DNA from: Takakia lepidozioides
Taxonomy: Eukaryota; Plantae; Bryophyta
Length of the DNA: 64,000 bases
Direction of reading: 5' to 3'
Assembly (NCBI GenBank): GCA_030704615.1
Contig: CM060731.1
Coordinates: forward strand, 27,094,001 to 27,158,000
Part shown: in pieces, positions 40,127 through 52,790 of the stretch
Numbering within the stretch: position 1 is the stretch's first letter
How the letters are laid out: every line of letters begins with the position of its first letter
Made by a program: the position numbers and the translations under genes
The notes under the pieces: model-generated
What the model was told of the DNA's origin: nothing
Database searches by the model: none
What the model saw: the letters and a program-made list of their open reading frames with translations, nothing else

Positions 40127-42694
40127 CTAGGCCAACTCACTGCCGCTGTGAATGCTGCTAGTGTTGGCATCTTGCCTCGCTGGGCAACCGCAACTCCTCC
40201 TATGAACGTCACAGGGAGCTGCACACGCCGGCCCTCCCCTGATGCCATGCAGGCCTATAGGAAGCTGACTCCTCCCAAAATCCAGGTGAAGCCCATGGGG
40301 TACAACACTGCCCCACCAACCAGGATATCGTATGAGACTGCGTCTGTCACAATGGCCTTGGCTCGCATCACTGAGCCATCTGTAGGGTGATCCGGCGTAG
40401 TCTGATAGCCAACTCACGCCGTGTCATGCCCCGAGCCTGCTCCGATCCTCCCAGAGACGTCTGTATCTGGAAAGGACAAGGCTCCATATCCGCCTCCGTG
40501 AGGCCCAAGCCTGCAATAGCAGCTCTGCCCAGCATCAATGGCTGAGCTCCCGAGTCCAACAAGACCGCAGTGGCCGGTACCTCTTGCCTGCCGGTCCACT
40601 CAAACAGAAAATGTCATCCTGGTTGTCTAACATGACAACTCCAGGTGTCACCATGGCGCGCTCAATGGCTGGCCTAGCTGGCAGCTCCATCAATCTGGCA
40701 GCTGCAGCTTGCCATGGCGCCGCCGTGGCAGTCTTGACCCTCAAATCCGAGGATCCCTCCGGCACTACACCTCCCACTATCTCCGCAGAAGATGAAGTAA
40801 CCTCCCCACTCTCACAGAGTGAAGCTGCCAGCCTGAACACCTCAGCTGGTTTTACCCCCGGCGTCGCAATCATGGTAGCCGAGAACAATGGAGCCTGGCA
40901 CACAGATGTGGCCGCTCCTAGCAGCACACTAGCTGCCGTAGCCTTGGCAACACTAGGTAGTGGTGCTACCCGTGTAGCTCTCCCCAATGGCATAGTAACC
41001 TCCGCTCGGTAACCGTCGGGCGAGAACTAGGTGCCATGGATGGCGTCGACACTGTCTCCGCCAATGTGAATGACTGAGGAAGCCTAGCCTGACGGCTTGC
41101 CTCCCCACGCTGTGGATCCAACTCCACCTCTGCACTGTGGCTCAGGAACTCGTGCTGCTCCTCGAGTCACGGCTGCAGCAGACTCCACCTGCACTAGTGG
41201 TAGTGCTGCTCCACACATGAATCCCATGCCTCCCATATCTCCTCCCTCAGGAGCAAGAGGTGGACCATCCGGCCTTAGAGCCGGTACCACCTGAGCTGTA
41301 GCCATGGCAGCGAGCCTCTGCTCTAGCTGCTGAAGCCGGTTGGCCATGCCTTGGTCAACACCCTGACCTCCGCGTCCTTGGCCATGTTGAGCTTGCCCTT
41401 GGCCTGCACCTCGTGGCTGGCCACCTCGTCCTCTCTGGGCTGCTCCACCTCGCCCCGGCCACCATTGTTCCCTTGGAACTGGCCTGGGCGCAACTCAGGA
41501 TGCAAACCATAACACTGGGCCTCTCCATGCCCGTGCTTGCCACAATGCCCACACTGCAACTGTGCAGGCTGTGCATGTGCCGGCCCTTTGCCTCCCTCCG
41601 GGCAATCCTTCTTGACATGGGGTCCTCCACATGTCCAGCACACCACATCCGCCCGTTGTTGGCCAGCAAATGAAGGGAGAGACCCCTGCATCTGAGGTCC
41701 TCTCTGCCCTTCCCTGAGCTTCACCTGAGCCCCCTTGTTGCCTTGAGCACGTTGAGGTAGTGGTTGGCTAGGAGCACCACTACCCCGTGGTGTCTCCTTA
41801 GCAAATCCCACCATGACCACTCGTTCCTCCACCATGTTGAGCTCTATCCGCTCTGCCAGCAAAAACACATTTGCTAAGGTGGGTTGGGCACTTGTAGGAG
41901 AGTTGCATCCCGCACCCTTCTCCTCAGCTCCTTGTCCAATATCCCATACCAAATTGGACTGCCTGAGCTTCCGTAACCCTGGGTTACATTTATCAAGCGC
42001 CTCATGCGAGTGAAAGCCTCCCTCAAGCTCTCAGTCGGCTTCCGTTGGAACTCTTGCAAGCTCCGCAACTTCTCTGTCCTCACCCCTTGGTAGTTCCCTC
42101 TCAACTCTTCGAAGAACTCCACAACAGGGTTGAAGAAGTAGTAGGCACAGGTGCTAGTGCAAGTGTGGTAGTGGCTTGGGTGGACGTCGTAGCTACTGTA
42201 CCACCAGTCCCACTGCTACTTGCTGAAGCTGCCGGGTGCAGCGGCAGGTGAGCCACTGCCCTCGTGGCTCTAGTGCCCCTAGTGATGGAGACATAGTCAG
42301 GTGACCAGTACATCCTCCACTCCTCGATCTCAACCTCATGCCCCCGCCTGAACTCATGGTAATCATCCATAGGCGGCCCCTCAAGGTGCTGAAACAGCCC
42401 CTTCCATGCCATGAAAGGCGTAAATAGTTGTGGATTGCGCATTTGCTGCAAATCACACCAACTATCAAACTCTTGGATAAAATCATCCAACTCGATGGTG
42501 CCCACCGCCCCAGAGTACCTTCGTGGCCCCTTGGTAGCTCCATACATTCCTCCATTGTGTCCCACAACAATGGCAAAGAAACAACTTGCACCGCCGGTAT
42601 GAGTCCTCCTGATCACAATCCGAATCAGAACCTTCCGTGGAAGACACAGGAGATGAAGGTGGCCTAAACCGCACACCTCGTCTCGTGTACCCAC
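40127..42694 (-). pseudogene. Element A gag and aspartic protease, frameshifted
   Basis: Gag-like LDDFIQEFDSWC and LQEFQRKPTESLREAFTR, two CCHC knuckles (CWTCGGPHVKKDC, CGHCGKHGHGEAQC), and protease VLLDSGAQ at ~40550-40568. Confidence 0.85.
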
Positions 42695-43429
42695 TAGTAT
42701 CGCTAGTGCTCGAAACCGGCACTGTCCCCAGCAACTAGTGGCACCTCCGTGTTGACACTCAACCGGTCATGAACATGTCCCTAACCCCCTCTCCACAAGG
42801 TAACCGGGTAGAGAACCTGTTGCGGCTTATGGTTTGGAATACTAAGTTCCTAACATAGCCTACACCCTGTACCTGCATCCACCGCAAGCACTCCTATGGT
42901 TGGCTGGTCGTCACCTCCAACCTCACCCAGGAGAAACAGAAACAATGATGGTCTGGCTGGTCATCACCCCAGCCTCACCATCGACAGCATGCTCTAGGAC
43001 TGGCCGGTGATCAAATCCGGACCAATCACCTATAAAAACAAGCGCCCACACAAAACTAGCATGGCGCACAGTCAAGCATGCAGGTATGGAGGGGATCCAC
43101 AAGAAATCAGAATGACAACTCCCCCACACCAAAAAACAACTCCACGGTGTTGCTTCTGCAATGACACCCCAGCCCAACCCGGACTGACTCTTGCCTCCAC
43201 CTACGGAAAGGTCTTGGCCTAATGAGAGGGTAGAAACTACGAGGAAGAGAAGCTAAAGCAATGCCTAACCCCAGCATGCCCTCATCCCAACACTCTTCCT
43301 TTCCTCTCTTCCCTCACTTGCATGACCATGGGAATATCATGAAGATACTCCTCAAACCGCCCTCCACGAGCTTCAAAATTCGGCTTCCAGACCACATGCT
43401 AGTCCTTAGGCAGTCCACTAGTGCCTCCA

Positions 43430-44270
43430 CGAGTCAACACAGGCCGTCCACAGGTCAACACGGGCCACCACAGACCAGCACAGGCCCACACAGCTCACTG
43501 GTCACAGCCGTCACAGTCCCACAGGCCACTGGGCACAGCCTGTCACAGCCCCTCACAGCCAGTCACAGCCCCAAAGGCCTCAGGCACGGCTTGTCACAGC
43601 CCCTCACAGCCCCAAAGGCCACGGGCACAGCCTGTCACAGCCCGTCACAGCCCCACAGGCCACTGGCACAACCTGTCACAGCCCCGCACAGCCCCAAAGG
43701 CCACGGGCACAGCCTGTCACAGCCCTCACAGCCCGGTCACAGCCCCACAGGCTCAGGCACGGCCTGACACAGCCTCTCACAGCCATCACAGCCCCAAAGG
43801 CCATGGGCACAGCCTGTCACAGCCCGTCACAGCCCCACAGGCCACTGGGCACACCTGTCACAGCCCCACACGCCCGTCACAGCCCACAGGCCACTGGGCA
43901 CAGCCTGTCACAGCCCCTCATAGCCCGTCACAGCCCCACAGGCCTCAGGCATGGCCTTCACAGCCCCTCACAGCCCATCACAGCCCCAAAGGCCATGGGC
44001 ACAGCCTGTCACAGCCCCGCACAGCCCGTCACAACCCAAATGCCTCAGGCACGGCCTGTCACAGCCCCCTCACAGCCCATCACACCCCAAAGGCCATGGG
44101 CACAGCCTGTCAAGCACCCTCACAGCCCGTCACAGCCCCACGGCCACTGGGCACAGCCTGTCAAGCCCCGCAAGCCCGTCACAGCCCCACAGGCCATAGG
44201 GCACAGCCCGTCACAGCCCACAGGCCACTGGGCACAGCCTGTCACAGCCCGTCACAGCCCGTCACAGCCC
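43430..44270. repeat. GTCACAGCCC / GGCACAGCCT minisatellite in the element A leader region
   Basis: Dozens of 10-11 bp units built on CACAGCC, with a higher-order period of about 55 bp. Confidence 0.95.
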
Positions 44271-44428
44271 ATCCATGGCCGCTCTGGCAGTTTAGCCATT
44301 TGTCCAAGGGGTTTAGCCACGCCAAGCTAGGGTTTGTGTCTCTTGGACTCTAGGCTTCTTCCACCGAGCTATGGCGGCTGTGAGGAAATCAGCAAGGTAT
44401 TCTTGCTCTTTCGGCTCCCACACATCAC

Positions 44429-45511
44429 TGTTAGAGGACTGTAGGGGACTTAGACACTTATACGGGATCTGTAGGGTACCCTTAATTTTTGCACAGACTG
44501 AGACAAACAGGAACCTTAGGGGTGACAGCAGCGCACTGTAGAGGGGGGTTACATAGCCCACACAGCCGACACAGCAGTCACAGCCCACACAGCCAACACA
44601 GCCGTCACAGTCGTCACAACCCACACAGCCAACACAGCCCGTCACACAGTCGTCACAGCCCACACAGCCGTCACAGCCGTCACAGCCCACACAGCCGACA
44701 CAGCCGTCACAGCCCACACAGCCAACACAGCCCACACACCCGTCACAGTCGTCACAGCCCACACAGCCGTCACAGTCGTCACAGCCCACACAGCCCACAC
44801 AGCCCGTCACAGTCGTCACAGCAGACACAGCCCACACAGCCAGTCACAGCCCGACACAACCAAACACAGCCAGTCACCGCTTGACACAGCTGTCACGATA
44901 ATAGGGAACGCAGAGTAGGACAGGGAACGACTGTGGGGAACAACACCAGTGAAGGGAACATGTTAGTTCACATACGACGGTTAGAGAGGGAAACGGTTAG
45001 AACCGCGGATAGGAGGATAAAGGGAAGAACGGGGAATAGGAAGGGGATCATTATTCGGGGAGGACTTCGGAGTCAGGCGGGAGCGGAGATCGGAGAGCAC
45101 GATGAAGGAGGAAAGAGGATTAGTAGATGCTTGTTAGATGCAAAGCTGTAGGGATATTGTAGAGGAGAATAGAGACACAATGGCTTCGGCCTGATACCTG
45201 ATAAATCATAATCTGATACTTATACGATACAATCACACTGTGTAGAGAGATCTGAGTGAAGCTGTGGATTGAATGGAGGAGTTAAGGAAACCGATAAATT
45301 GATGAAGCAAACTGATACTTAATTATCAATGGTAAGGTAGCTAAGATGAATGCGGAAAAGGAAACAAATAGGAAACACCCCCATGATACACTAGCTGTAG
45401 GTCATGACTGATTGTTCTGCGCGGGCTGAGTACTTAGAGATTTCCAACTCTTCTATCTTGGAGTTTCCGCCTCGGATAGCGAAGGGATGGGTGAGTAAAA
45501 GCCGCGCGACA
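44429..45511 (+). repeat. Element B 5' LTR (1083 bp) with internal CACAGCC minisatellite at ~44550-44890
   Basis: Direct repeat of 57059-58140. Only a few substitutions outside the minisatellite. Confidence 0.97.
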
Positions 45512-46099
45512 TTTGGCGACCATACTGGGGACCTGGGACATGAACAACCAGATGTGACAGGCATCTGGTGGGATCATGGTGGTTGGACCATTAAAGAGTT
45601 TGAAGTGAATCAAATTCCCTGTGGAACGAAGGAAGAAAGATTGTCCAAACAATTCTTTCAAAGGTTCTTGGAATTGCCAGACGGATGTAAAGAAAATATT
45701 CTTAAACGAGTGCATGATGCTGATCCAGAATGGGGTCTGGAGAAAGGAGTGATAAAGATTTATCAGGTAGCCTGTAGAGGAAGAGCACGTTGGTTACCAA
45801 CATTAGTTTATGTGATAGCGTTGCTATCCATTAAACGAGTAGAGTTTGAAGGTTGGGAAGAAAGAAAGGTGAATGTTTATACTCATATGCATGAAGAGCT
45901 TGTACTGGTAAAGAATTGGATTCCAAAGGATATTTTGTGGATCAAACTCACACCAAGAACAGCTTTTCAGACTTGTTTGCCATATGGTTATATGGTAACG
46001 GAGACTTCAAGTATAGCCAAGGGTGCATTGAAGCTTGAAAGAAATCCAGGCATATACGAGAGATATTACAGAAGAGAGTTTTGGTTATTGCCACATTAA
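45404..46099 (+). CDS. Element B extra 5' ORF, unknown function
   Basis: 231-codon open frame upstream of gag and in the same frame. No recognisable domain. Confidence 0.5.
   Translation: MTDCSARAEYLEISNSSILEFPPRIAKGWVSKSRATFGDHTGDLGHEQPDVTGIWWDHGGWTIKEFEVNQIPCGTKEERLSKQFFQRFLELPDGCKENILKRVHDADPEWGLEKGVIKIYQVACRGRARWLPTLVYVIALLSIKRVEFEGWEERKVNVYTHMHEELVLVKNWIPKDILWIKLTPRTAFQTCLPYGYMVTETSSIAKGALKLERNPGIYERYYRREFWLLPH
45514..45532 (+). other. Element B primer-binding site (tRNA-Arg-like)
   Basis: TGGCGACCATACTGGGGAC lies 2 nt after the LTR and resembles TGGCGAC.....TGGGGA Arg-type PBSs. The tRNA identity is inferred. Confidence 0.7.
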
Positions 46100-46120
46100 A
46101 AGAAATGAAAGACATGGGAC

Positions 46121-47521
46121 ATGAGTGATGAAAGAGAAGCTAGACGACAAAGATATTCATCAAAAAGAGAAAGCTATCTGAAAGCTAATTATCCATATCT
46201 TTGGGAGAGAGGAATAGACATAGGGGAATCATCTGGACCTCTCACACCATCAAGATCAAAAAGTGCATCACCTATACCGGAAGAACTAGAGTTGGATGCC
46301 ACTCCTTCTGTTTCTTTGCAAGAAAGATTAAGGGAATTGGTACAGGAAGAAGATCAATCACGAGGTGAAAGATCTGAGGTACATCCTTGGATAAAAGACT
46401 TGACAGAAATCTTTGATAAGAGTTGGCATGGAACACCAAAAGCAGGAACTCCAGTTTCTGAAGCAGAAGATGAAGAAGGAGATGAGGATGTGGCAGAGCC
46501 AACGGAGAGTTCAGACTCTCCAACACCATTACAGTTGAGTTACATGAGTGAAGAAGAAACCCAAGGGCAGAACTTGGAGGATGAAAACAGAGAGAAGAAA
46601 TTGGAAGAGGAAGAATATGAAGAAGTAGACCCAACAGCTGAGGTTGAGACTACAACCAGGACATCCCAACCCGTTGGACCTGGATCAAGTGGAGCACTTG
46701 GATCACAGGCCAACGAAGGTGTCGGCTCAGGGGGATCAGGCGGGCTGCCTGGATCTGGCTCTGGGGGGACAGGGAGTGTGGGAAGTAGTGCAACTGAAGC
46801 TGGGAATACTGTGAATATCGTGGGGCCAGAAGCAGGGAGTGCTCAAGGGCCACCACTTGGTGGAAGATCCACCACAAAAACAACAGGTCCAGAAGGACCA
46901 GCACCAGCAAGGGTGCCAGCACCTGTCAGTGGGCAGAAGGTAGGGCCACAGATGGCGTTACAACCAACACGGGCAAAACCACCCTTTCCAATATATTCAG
47001 GAAAAGGGGATCCCGATGTACACATTAGCCAATTTGAGCACATGTGTATAGTGAACAATGAGAATGGCGATGATGCCAAGATGAGACTGTTTCCTTGTTC
47101 ACTTATCAAGAAAGCAAGTGAATGGTATGCAAGATTCCCTGATAATCATTTCCTAACCTGGAATGGCTTGAATACAGCATTTCGAAATAGGTTCAGGACA
47201 AGTAAAACTGAGGATGAAGTGTATGGAAGTTTACAACAGCTGAAGCAGAAGAAGCATGAAACTGTTGAAGAGTATATGGAGAAGATGGAATTGATGATGA
47301 AAAAGCTGGCTGCAGTACCAGCACCCGGTTTACAGAAGACTTGGTTTGTGAGTGGACTAAGACCAGAGTTGCAGAAGAAAGTGGATATGTTACCCCATAA
47401 TACAGTGGAGGAGGCATTTGAAACTGCAAACAGAATTGAGCAATTGGGAATGCTCAGGAGAGAGAAAAGGAAGATGAGGACTCTGAAGATGAGTCAGATG
47501 AAGAAGAAGAGCAAGAACTAA
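46121..47521 (+). CDS. Element B gag
   Basis: Retrotrans_gag core FPIYSGKGDPDVHISQFE...LFPCSL..KASEWY...LKQKKHETVEEY...FVSGL. Frameshifts near 47470 into the downstream ORF. Confidence 0.93.
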   Translation: MSDEREARRQRYSSKRESYLKANYPYLWERGIDIGESSGPLTPSRSKSASPIPEELELDATPSVSLQERLRELVQEEDQSRGERSEVHPWIKDLTEIFDKSWHGTPKAGTPVSEAEDEEGDEDVAEPTESSDSPTPLQLSYMSEEETQGQNLEDENREKKLEEEEYEEVDPTAEVETTTRTSQPVGPGSSGALGSQANEGVGSGGSGGLPGSGSGGTGSVGSSATEAGNTVNIVGPEAGSAQGPPLGGRSTTKTTGPEGPAPARVPAPVSGQKVGPQMALQPTRAKPPFPIYSGKGDPDVHISQFEHMCIVNNENGDDAKMRLFPCSLIKKASEWYARFPDNHFLTWNGLNTAFRNRFRTSKTEDEVYGSLQQLKQKKHETVEEYMEKMELMMKKLAAVPAPGLQKTWFVSGLRPELQKKVDMLPHNTVEEAFETANRIEQLGMLRREKRKMRTLKMSQMKKKSKN

Positions 47522-47547
47522 AAAGAAAGAGTAAGAGAAAGGAAAAG

Positions 47548-50500
47548 TTGAAGAGGGATAACTATGAGAAAAGATTGGAAGAAATCTTGAAGAAGTATGC
47601 CACAGAGGCTGCAACACATTGGAGGAAGGGTGTATGGTGTGCAAAGTGCCAGAATGAAGGCCATACCACTACAGAATGCCACATGAAGGAGAAACACTGT
47701 ACTATCTGTAAAATGGATAACCATTCTACTGAGAATTGTTACTACAACAGAAGGACAGCTGCAAGAGAACCTAGGCAAGTGAGGGTGCATCAGGTGCAGC
47801 CCCAGCCAAGAAGAAGCAATGATCAGGACCACTATGGTAGGTCTGGTGGTTATAACAATGGCATGGAAGGGAGAGGTAATTCAAGAGGGAATTACCAAGG
47901 AAATTCCAGAGGCAACTATCAGGGTAATCCAAGGGGGAATTACCAGCCCGGGAATCAGGATTATAGAAATAATCCAAGACCAGACCAAGGGCGAGGACCC
48001 AATGGTGAAGAGCTATGTTACTATTGTAATCAGCCAGGACATCGCAAGGCAGCCTGTTCATTCTGGATAAGACACCAGAATGAGATGAGAGCTCCTGTGA
48101 ATGAGGGCCCAGTGGTGGCAGCTCACATGGTTAGGCCATGTGTTGTACCAGAAGTAAGTACAATGATAGTAACAAGAAGTAAAGCCAAACTAATACCTCC
48201 AGTAGAAGAGGAAGAAGATGAGACTGGAAGTGGCAATGATATGCCTGAAGATGAAGAGACTTGGAAGGATGAGAAGGAACTGCACAAGGAAGTGGCAGAT
48301 ACTATAAGGGAAATGCAAAAGAGTACGGATATTCCTGTGGCAGATTCCTCTGATTCGGATGGAGAAAAAGAGGGGAGTGAGGAAGAAAGGAAAAAAGAAG
48401 ATGCAGACATGCAAAGTAATGAAGAGACTTTGGCTGAAGTAATATGTCAGACCAAAGCAGAAATTACCATTGGACAGCTATTAGCTGTGGCACCTTATTG
48501 TAGGCACAGGCTGTATCAGGCAATCAATCGAATTGCCCAAGAGACAGGAAACACAGACCTGAACAGCAAGGTGACCAGTTATAATGTGAAGCCGGAAGGG
48601 CGAGAACCAGTCATGGACTTTGATGATTCTATGCCAGTAATCCAATTGAGAATTGGAAGCACAGAACTAACTGATGTACTGATAGATGGTGGTTCTGGAG
48701 TAAATATCATGACAGACCAATTAAGGAAGAAGCTTGGTCTAAGTAACATGAAACCAGCCCCATTTACAGTAACAATGGCAGATCAAAGAAGTGTACAGCC
48801 ATTGGGATTAATAAGAGGAGTTAAGATACAGATACAGAAAATGATCTTTATGATCACAGTAACTGTATTAAAAATGGATGAAGTCATGGAGGCTTACTCC
48901 TTATTATTGGGACGTCCGTGGCTGAAACAGGCAAGGGTATTCCATGACTGGAATTCTCAGTTACTAACTGTGCATAATGGGATGCACGAGATACAAATTA
49001 CCACAAAGAAATCTAGTAGATTACCTGCTACAAGAAGACCTCGAGGAGTCAGAGAGTATGACTGGAAGGGAGGACTGGATGAGGAGCAGGAAGCTACCCT
49101 ATTTGCTGCACACCCAGAATGGGAGCAGGTTGCAGAGATGCGGCTGGAAAGCCTAAGTTGTTTGAGAGGTATCTGCTGTGGTGTAGTGACAGCAACACCA
49201 ACTGAAGAAGAAACCAGCATTTACCCATCACATTTCTATGAAGAAAGAGAAGGAGAAATAGAAATCCTAGAAGAACCAGCCACTGTGAGCTTACAGGATG
49301 AAGTGGTGACTGGTTGGACAATCACAGCTGATGAGCAGGTGAGAGAAGTAAATGTGGGAACTCAGGAGGAACCGAGGATGGTGAAAGTAGGAGCTGATTT
49401 GGAGCCGGAATTCTTCGAAGAAGCTAAAAGCTTGTTCATCAAATACAGAGATGTATTTGCTTGGAGCTATGAGGATCTAAAAGGGATACCACCTGAAGTC
49501 TGTCAGCATAAAATTGAACTGGAACCAGGGTCAGTACCAATCAAGCAGGCGAGGTATAGAATGAATCCCAACTACGCACAGAAGGTTGGAGAAGAGATAA
49601 AGAAGTTGGCTGAGGCTAAGTTTATATACCCAATAGAGTATACAACTTGGTTGTCACCCATTGTTATAGTTCCCAAGAAGAATGGCAAACTAAGAGTATG
49701 TGTGAACTATAAGAAGCTGAATGCTTGTACGAAGAAAGATCCTTTCCCTTTGCCATTCACAGAAGCAGTATTAGACACTGTGGCAGGCCATGAGATGTAC
49801 TCATTCATGGATGGCTTCAGTGGTTATAATCAAGTGCAAGTGGCAGAAGAAGACCAAGGGAAAACAGCTTTCATCACAGACTGGGGGGCTTATGCATACA
49901 AAGTCATGCCCTTTGGACTTTGTAATGCACCAGCGACCTTTCAGAGAGTGATAAGTGAATCTTTTCAAGAGTATCTGGATGATTTCATGCAGGTGTTTTT
50001 GGATGATTTCAGTGTGTACAGCTCTAAGAATGAGCACTTGCATAAATTGGAGTTATGCCTGGCCAGATGCAGGATGAGAGGTCTGGGCTTGAACCCAGAG
50101 AAGTGTACTTTCTGTGTGAACTCAGGGGTGCTTCTGGGACACATTGTGTGTAAGAAGGGACTCCTTGTGGATCCCAGGAAGACAGAGTCCATTAAAGCCT
50201 CTCCACCACCAGTGAATGTTAAGAGTTTAAGGAGATTCCTTGGGCAAACCAGTTATTACAGAAGATTTGTCAAAAGGTATGCACAAATAGCAGCACCATT
50301 GAGCAAGCTTCTGAAGAAAGATGCAGTGTTTGCATGGACAGCTGAATGTCAACAGGCGTTTGAGGAACTTACACTGTCAGTAACAACTACACCTGTGCTG
50401 ATTAACCCTCACTGGCATGTAGTATTTCATGTTCACTGCGATGCATCAGGAGAAGCGTTGGGAGCGGTGTTAGCCCAGAATGTTACAGGGAATATAGATT

Positions 50501-52322
50501 CACCTGTGTACTATGCTAGCCGGTTGATGAACAGTGCTGAGAGGAACTATAGCACAACGGAAAGAGAAGCATTGGCAATGATCTATGCAGTGAAGAAATT
50601 CAGGCATTACCTATTGGGAAGAAAGTTTATGTTTTATGTGGATCACCAGGCTCTGATATATCTGGTGAACAAACCTTTGATAAGTGGAAGGATAGCGAGG
50701 TGGTTAATAATCTTGCATGAGTTTGAGTTCGAGGTTATTTACAAGCCTGGCCGTTTGCATCTTGTGGCAGATCATTTGTCACGACTAACAACAGGAGAGG
50801 CCGCCACAGGAGTGGACGATCAGTTACCTGATGCGAGTTTATTTGTAATGGAGGTGCAAGGAAGTGCAGATGAATGGTTAGATTGGCAGTGGCCAATCAG
50901 ATACTACCTTGCTCATGGTCAGTGCCCACCTAGTTATGGTAAGGAGCAGAGGAAGAGAATTGCTATCAGAGCTTTACCTTATACTATGGTAGGAAGCAGA
51001 ATGTATAAGTTAGGACCTGATGGAGTACTAAAACGATGCTTGTACCACCATGAAGTAAATAAAGTCTTGGAGGAAGTTCATAAAGGAGTGGCTGGAGGTC
51101 ATTTTGGAGAAGAGACTACCAGTAGAAAGATACTACTCGCAGGATACTGGTGGCCTACTTTGTTCAAAGATGTACATGAGTATTGTCAGAAGTGTGATGA
51201 ATGTCAGAGGCTAGGACCTTTGCAGAGATCTGGAAGAATGGCCTTGCATCCTACAATGCCTACGGAACCATTTCAGAAATGGGGACTAGACTTTGTTGGA
51301 CCAATTAATCCACCATCCAAGAATACACAAACAGGTACATAATTACAGCCACTGATTATACTACAAAGTGGGTGGAAGCTAAAGCTTTGAGGGACAACAC
51401 AGCCAAGTCCACAGCAAGGTTCCTGTACGAGAACATACTTACACGATTTGGATGTCCCTTAGAATTTATCAGTGATCAAGGAAGTCACTTCATGAATGAG
51501 ACCATTGAGTTATTGACTAAAGAGTTTATGATTGTGCATAGAAAGAGTACAACATATTACCCACAGGGTAATGGACAGGCAGAGGCTACCAACAAAATAC
51601 TATGTACTATCTTGGCTAAGATAGTCAATGCAAACAGAACGGATTGGGATACAAAGCTGCTGACAGCTTTATGGTCATACAGGACTTCGTATAAAGTCAC
51701 CACAAAGTATACACCATTCCAATTAGTTTATGGTATGGAAGCCTTACTTCCAGTGGAATTCCTGTTACCTACCATGAGAACGGAGTGGGGAAAAAGAATG
51801 GAATTGCAAGACTCCATCAAGGTCAGGAAACATGAATTATACCATGTGGAAGAAGTACGTGCTGATGCAGCTGATAATATGACCAGAATTCAGATGAAGC
51901 GAAAGGAACAGTTTGATGAAGGCAAATTAAAGACTTTTAAGACGGGGGATTTGGTTCTATGGTTGCAGAAGAAAGGAAAGATTCAAGCTTCTAAGCTTAA
52001 ATCACCATGGAAAGGACCTTATGTCATACAAAAGATGTATGATAACAACACAGCCATGTTACAAACCATTAACAAAGAAATGCTGGGAAGAGTCAATGCA
52101 AATAAGTTGAAGGGGTACAGTGGTATCCATGACAAACCCCTGCAGCATGATTTGCATGTTGAACCGCAAGAGCAGTCACGGGCTGCACCAGTGTTACGAA
52201 CGGAGTATGGAACACTTGTCGCTAGGCCCAGTATATATGACCGGGGTGGGCAAAACAAACGTGACACAGCCTATCACAGCCCATCACGGCGTGATACAGC
52301 CTATCACAGCATCACGGCGTGA
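47548..52322 (+). CDS. Element B gag C-terminus and pol (zinc knuckles, PR, RT, RH, INT); one frameshift at ~51335
   Basis: CCHC knuckles, PR LIDGGSGVN, RT MDGFSGYNQ / MPFGLCNAP / FLDD, RH CDASG / DHQAL, INT WGLDFVGP / SDQGSHF / PQGNGQAE and a GPY motif. Confidence 0.96.
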
Positions 52323-52790
52323 CACAGCCTATCACAGCCCACACGGCGTGACACAGCCTATCACAGCCCACAAGGCGCACACAGCCTATCACAGCCCAGG
52401 CGTGACACAGCCTATCACAGCCAGCACGCAACACATATCACAGCCCATCACGCGTGACACAGCCTATCACAGCCCAACACGGCGTGACACAGCCTATCAC
52501 AGCCCACACGGCGTGACACAGCCTATCACAGCCCAGCAAGGCGCACACAGCCTATCACAGCCAACACGTGACACAGCCTATCACAGCACAGCGCAACACA
52601 GCCTATCACAGCCCATCACGGCGTGACACAGCCTATCACAGCATCACAGTGACACAGCCTATCACAGCGTACACACAGCCTATCACAACCTACCGCAGCG
52701 TGTCACAGCCTATCACAGCTTACCACAGCAACACCTATCACAGCGTAACACAGTATGACAGCCTGTCACAGCTCAACACAGCCTACTAAA
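52258..52790. repeat. GTGACACAGCCTATCACAGC minisatellite between pol and the 3' ORF of element B
   Basis: Repeated ~28-30 bp units containing ACACAGCCTATCACAGC. Confidence 0.95.

Noticed and set aside
43261-44884. Long His/Ser/Pro/Gln-rich and Cys-Val-Gly-rich ORFs (also 52120-52789 and 56991-57547)
   Set aside because: They are translations of stop-free CACAGCC minisatellites that are open in several frames. They are not metallothioneins or real proteins.
43430-44890. CRISPR-like appearance of the short repeats
   Set aside because: There are no unique spacers and no cas genes, and the context is a eukaryotic TE.
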